Source of the DNA: Dehalococcoidia bacterium
GTDB lineage: Bacteria > Chloroflexota > Dehalococcoidia > Plut-88900
Direction: 5' to 3'
Assembly (NCBI GenBank): GCA_965197645.1
Contig: OZ240219.1
Coordinates: 736,001-800,000 of the forward strand
DNA: 64,000 nt
Shown here: positions 61,047-64,000 of the stretch, in pieces
Layout of the letters: each line of letters begins with the position of its first letter
Position numbering within the stretch: position 1 is the first letter of the stretch
Position numbers and translations under genes: made by a program
Notes under the pieces: generated by a model
What the model was told of the DNA's origin: nothing
What the model saw: only the letters and a program-made list of their open reading frames with translations
The model's database searches: none

Positions 61047-62273
61047 TCAGTTCCATTCCAGCTCTTTGCCCCCGATGATAACCGTATCGCCCCCTTTTAC
61101 ACCCGCTTTTTCCAGGGCCTTCTGTACCCCGGCCCGTTCCATCAACGCCGCCACCTGCGCCCTGGCCTCCCAATCTTGCATGTTCGTACCCGATACCAAC
61201 CGCTCGATCTGCTCCGATCGCACTACGAAAGCGTCCCGGTTTCTCTCGACTACAAGTCCCGGGTCCCTCGGGTTCGGTTGATGAACGGTCTCTTCCGGTT
61301 GCTCAGATGTAACACATTCATCGGGAACCTCCTGGACGATAGTTATCACCTTGTCCAGCATCTCCGTAACGCCGATTCCCGTCTCTGCGGACACCTGGAC
61401 CACCGAATGTTTATCGTGGCACTCAAATCCGACAATCCCGTCGGTCAGGTCGGACTTGGTCAGGGATACTATCCGGCGCTTGGTGTCCAGGCCCCGGCCA
61501 TACTTCCTCAGGGCCTCGTCGATCAATTCGTAATCGTTCGCGGCGTCCTCTTGCGTCCCATCGAGGCACAGGAGCAGCGCCCTGGCCCGTTCAGCGTGCT
61601 TTAGGACCTTCAACTCTCCTCCGGCCCAGGTAGAAGGGATCTCCACGAATCCATACTGCTTCCAGTTGTACTCAACCGCCCCCACTATCGGGTCCACGGT
61701 TGTAACCGGATACTCGGCTACCTTGGCCCTAGCGTTTGATAGTCGATTCAACAGGGTCGATTTGCCGCTGTTGGGCAACCCAACAATGGCCACGTCGGAT
61801 ACAGACTTGTAGTCCAGAGTTACCGTTCTTCGGTCACCCTTCTCCCCAGCCTCAGCTATCCGAGGGGCCTGCATGGTCGCCGTGGCAAAGCTCTTGTTGC
61901 CACGGCCCCCGGCGCCCCCTCGAGCCACGATAACCCGCGATCCAGCCTCCACCAAGTCGATAACCCATGAAAGCCCCCTGGCTTTGATAACTGCAGACGT
62001 ACCCACGGGTACACGAACCTCCCGGTCAAGACCAACCCCACCCGACGAGTTCCTTCCTTCACCCGGAACACCATTCTCGGCGACAACCTCTCCCGCGGAG
62101 GATAGATGGCCCAGGCCATAGGCCCCATCCACGCTGATCAGGCAAACCGACCCGCCAGCCCCCCCTCTCCCTCCATCAGGTCCACCGAGCCGGACGTACT
62201 TTTCTCTGCGGAAACTTATAGAGCCCCCTCCACCATCTCCACCTCTCACTTGAATTGTTATTTCATCGATCAA
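61047..62273 (-). CDS. obgE: Obg family GTPase (divergent)
   Basis: Gly-rich Obg fold (GGDGG, FRREKY, GGPDGG), GLPNSGKS, C-terminal OCT domain. Confidence 0.9.
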   Translation of the reverse strand: MIDEITIQVRGGDGGGGSISFRREKYVRLGGPDGGRGGAGGSVCLISVDGAYGLGHLSSAGEVVAENGVPGEGRNSSGGVGLDREVRVPVGTSAVIKARGLSWVIDLVEAGSRVIVARGGAGGRGNKSFATATMQAPRIAEAGEKGDRRTVTLDYKSVSDVAIVGLPNSGKSTLLNRLSNARAKVAEYPVTTVDPIVGAVEYNWKQYGFVEIPSTWAGGELKVLKHAERARALLLCLDGTQEDAANDYELIDEALRKYGRGLDTKRRIVSLTKSDLTDGIVGFECHDKHSVVQVSAETGIGVTEMLDKVITIVQEVPDECVTSEQPEETVHQPNPRDPGLVVERNRDAFVVRSEQIERLVSGTNMQDWEARAQVAALMERAGVQKALEKAGVKGGDTVIIGGKELEWN

Positions 62274-62690
62274 TATTCTTCTCTAAGTTAAGAGTGAAGA
62301 TATAACAGTATTAATAGCCTGTCGTTTTATCTAGGTTAGCGCGACGTTTTGGGAGATCTAGGCTGGAAGTTCGTTTTGTGTGTCCCTGCTGTCGGCGTTG
62401 AGACTGAAATAAACCCTGTGCAACCACCGATGTTGGCATGGTTGACATGCTACTTCCGGTCCGGTTGACGGATACGTCGAATGGTATTGGCAACTAACTC
62501 TCTGTCTCCGCTCCACTAAGTGCAGTATACCGATAGTCGACTGGCGGTAATGAGGGTGTAACCATTCGATTTGGCTGTTTAACTGGCACCAACCTCATCA
62601 TAACCTGCAGTTGATTGCAAGTAAGCTGGAGAAATGGCAAACGGAAACGGGTTGAAGGTGAGAAGAACGGGGGGGGCGAGTCGAGGAAGG

Positions 62691-64000
62691 CTAGACGGCT
62701 TCCCGGATCAGTGATAGGACCCGCTTCAAGGTATCGTCCCGCGAGAGCTTGGCGCTGACCCTGCGGCAGGAGGCGGCCACAGACGTTGGCGTCCTGTGCC
62801 CCAACAAAGCTCCGATCCCCATGGCCGACATGCCTAGCTCCTCGTGCAGTAGGAAGATGGCGATGTCTCTGGCTGCCACCAGCTTCTTGTGCCGGCGCTT
62901 GCCGTATAGCTCGTCCGGGGAGAGATCGAAGTGGCGGGCAGCCATCTCTACGATCTCCTCTGCGGATACGTTTCTCTTCTCGATGTCGGTGGCGCCTTGC
63001 AACGCCTCGAAGGCCAGCTCCGCAGTGAAATCGGAGTCGCGGGCGGCGGCGTAGGTCACCACCCGGTGAAGGGCGCCCTCCAGCTGCCTGATGCTACCCC
63101 TAGCTCGGCGGGCGATGGCTTCTATGACCTCTTCGCTGAGCTGGAGCCCCATAGCCTCTGTTTTCGCCGTCAGCATCTCCACCCGGGCCTCCAGGTCCGG
63201 TGTTCGGATGTCTGCCAGCAGCCCGCCCTCGAACCTGGATACCAGCCTTTCGTGGACGGCGGGAATCCGACCCGGGTGACAATCGGCTGCCAGGACTATC
63301 TGCTTGTTGTAGTTGTGCAGGTGGTTGAAGGTGTGGTAGAACCCTTCCTGCGTCTGCTCCTTGGCGCTAATAAACTGAATGTCGTCCAGCAGGAGCACAT
63401 CCAGCTCTCGATACTTGGCTCGAAAGCCCTCGGTGCTTTTCGTTTTGATGCCGGCCACGAGGTCGTTGGTGAACTGCTCGGCACTGGCGTAAAGGACCCG
63501 CATATGGGGGTCGACGGCGTGGCCGATGGCGTGGAGCAAGTGGGTCTTGCCCAAGCCCACGGTTCCGTAGACGAACAATGGGTTGTAGGTCAGGCCGGGC
63601 GCGTCGGTCACCGATCTGGCGGCAGCATAGGCCATCTGATTGAACTCGTTGACGACAAAGCTTTCGAAGGTGTAGCGAGGGTTCAGCCCCCGGGATCGCG
63701 ACCCCCGGGGCGGTGGCGCAGAGACCTCGTCGTCCGCCGATGACGACTCTAGCGGTGTATGCTCCTGACGCAACAGGAACTCGACCGGGATAGGCCGCTT
63801 GAGTATACCTCGAAGGACATCCTCGACCCTGGGCTGCATCCTCTGGCGAAGCCACTCAACTCCAAAGGTGGTGGGCACCCCTACTATGAACTTGTCCTCC
63901 CGGCACTCCAGCCCGACCGTGTCCTTAAGGTATGTTTCGTAGTAAGGCCGCGTGACCTGCAGCTGGAGCTCCCCCAGAGCGGTGTCCCAGATTCTTGCGG
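62691..64000 (-). CDS. dnaA: Chromosomal replication initiator DnaA (start lies just beyond the window edge)
   Basis: Domain I WDTALGELQLQV, LNPRYTFESFV, YNPLFVYG.VGLGKTHLL, LLLDDIQF, SRFEGGL. Confidence 0.93.
   Translation of the reverse strand, partial: ARIWDTALGELQLQVTRPYYETYLKDTVGLECREDKFIVGVPTTFGVEWLRQRMQPRVEDVLRGILKRPIPVEFLLRQEHTPLESSSADDEVSAPPPRGSRSRGLNPRYTFESFVVNEFNQMAYAAARSVTDAPGLTYNPLFVYGTVGLGKTHLLHAIGHAVDPHMRVLYASAEQFTNDLVAGIKTKSTEGFRAKYRELDVLLLDDIQFISAKEQTQEGFYHTFNHLHNYNKQIVLAADCHPGRIPAVHERLVSRFEGGLLADIRTPDLEARVEMLTAKTEAMGLQLSEEVIEAIARRARGSIRQLEGALHRVVTYAAARDSDFTAELAFEALQGATDIEKRNVSAEEIVEMAARHFDLSPDELYGKRRHKKLVAARDIAIFLLHEELGMSAMGIGALLGHRTPTSVAASCRRVSAKLSRDDTLKRVLSLIREAV

Noticed and set aside
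62311-62493. 60-aa ORF between dnaA and obgE as a ribosomal protein gene
   Set aside because: No similarity to L21, L27 or L31, and a weak TTG start; treated as intergenic.

Overview
GC-rich bacterial chromosomal segment, most likely Chloroflexota class Dehalococcoidia (SAR202-like). This is inferred from the dnaA-obgE-nadD-gyrB gene order and from the mix of LLM monooxygenase, SDR, MaoC, CaiB and Mo-hydroxylase genes. It holds about 60 CDS, three tRNAs (Glu-TTC, Leu-CAA, Phe-GAA), an IS481 remnant and two families of intergenic repeats. Main observations: (1) a small GIY-YIG nuclease gene embedded in tandem copies of a palindromic doublet repeat whose conserved arm occurs 14 times in the window, a possible REP/RAYT-like nuclease-repeat system; (2) next to it, a stand-alone structured ~200-nt transcript with a perfect 15-nt Shine-Dalgarno and a 14-codon ORF; (3) two selenoproteins missed by the ORF track (UxxC peroxiredoxin-like and UxxC glutaredoxin-like), each with a SECIS-like hairpin; (4) an accessory islet downstream of tRNA-Leu where a duplicated promoter-hairpin module precedes both a TumE/TumA-like pair and an ABC-F gene with an MRPR leader; (5) a repeat-flanked three-gene HicA/HicB-like module; (6) DnaA, ObgE and SpeD with altered key motifs, and a degenerate GGDEF-RHH fusion heading a phosphate transport operon. 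All calls come from reading motifs by eye; no database searches were run.
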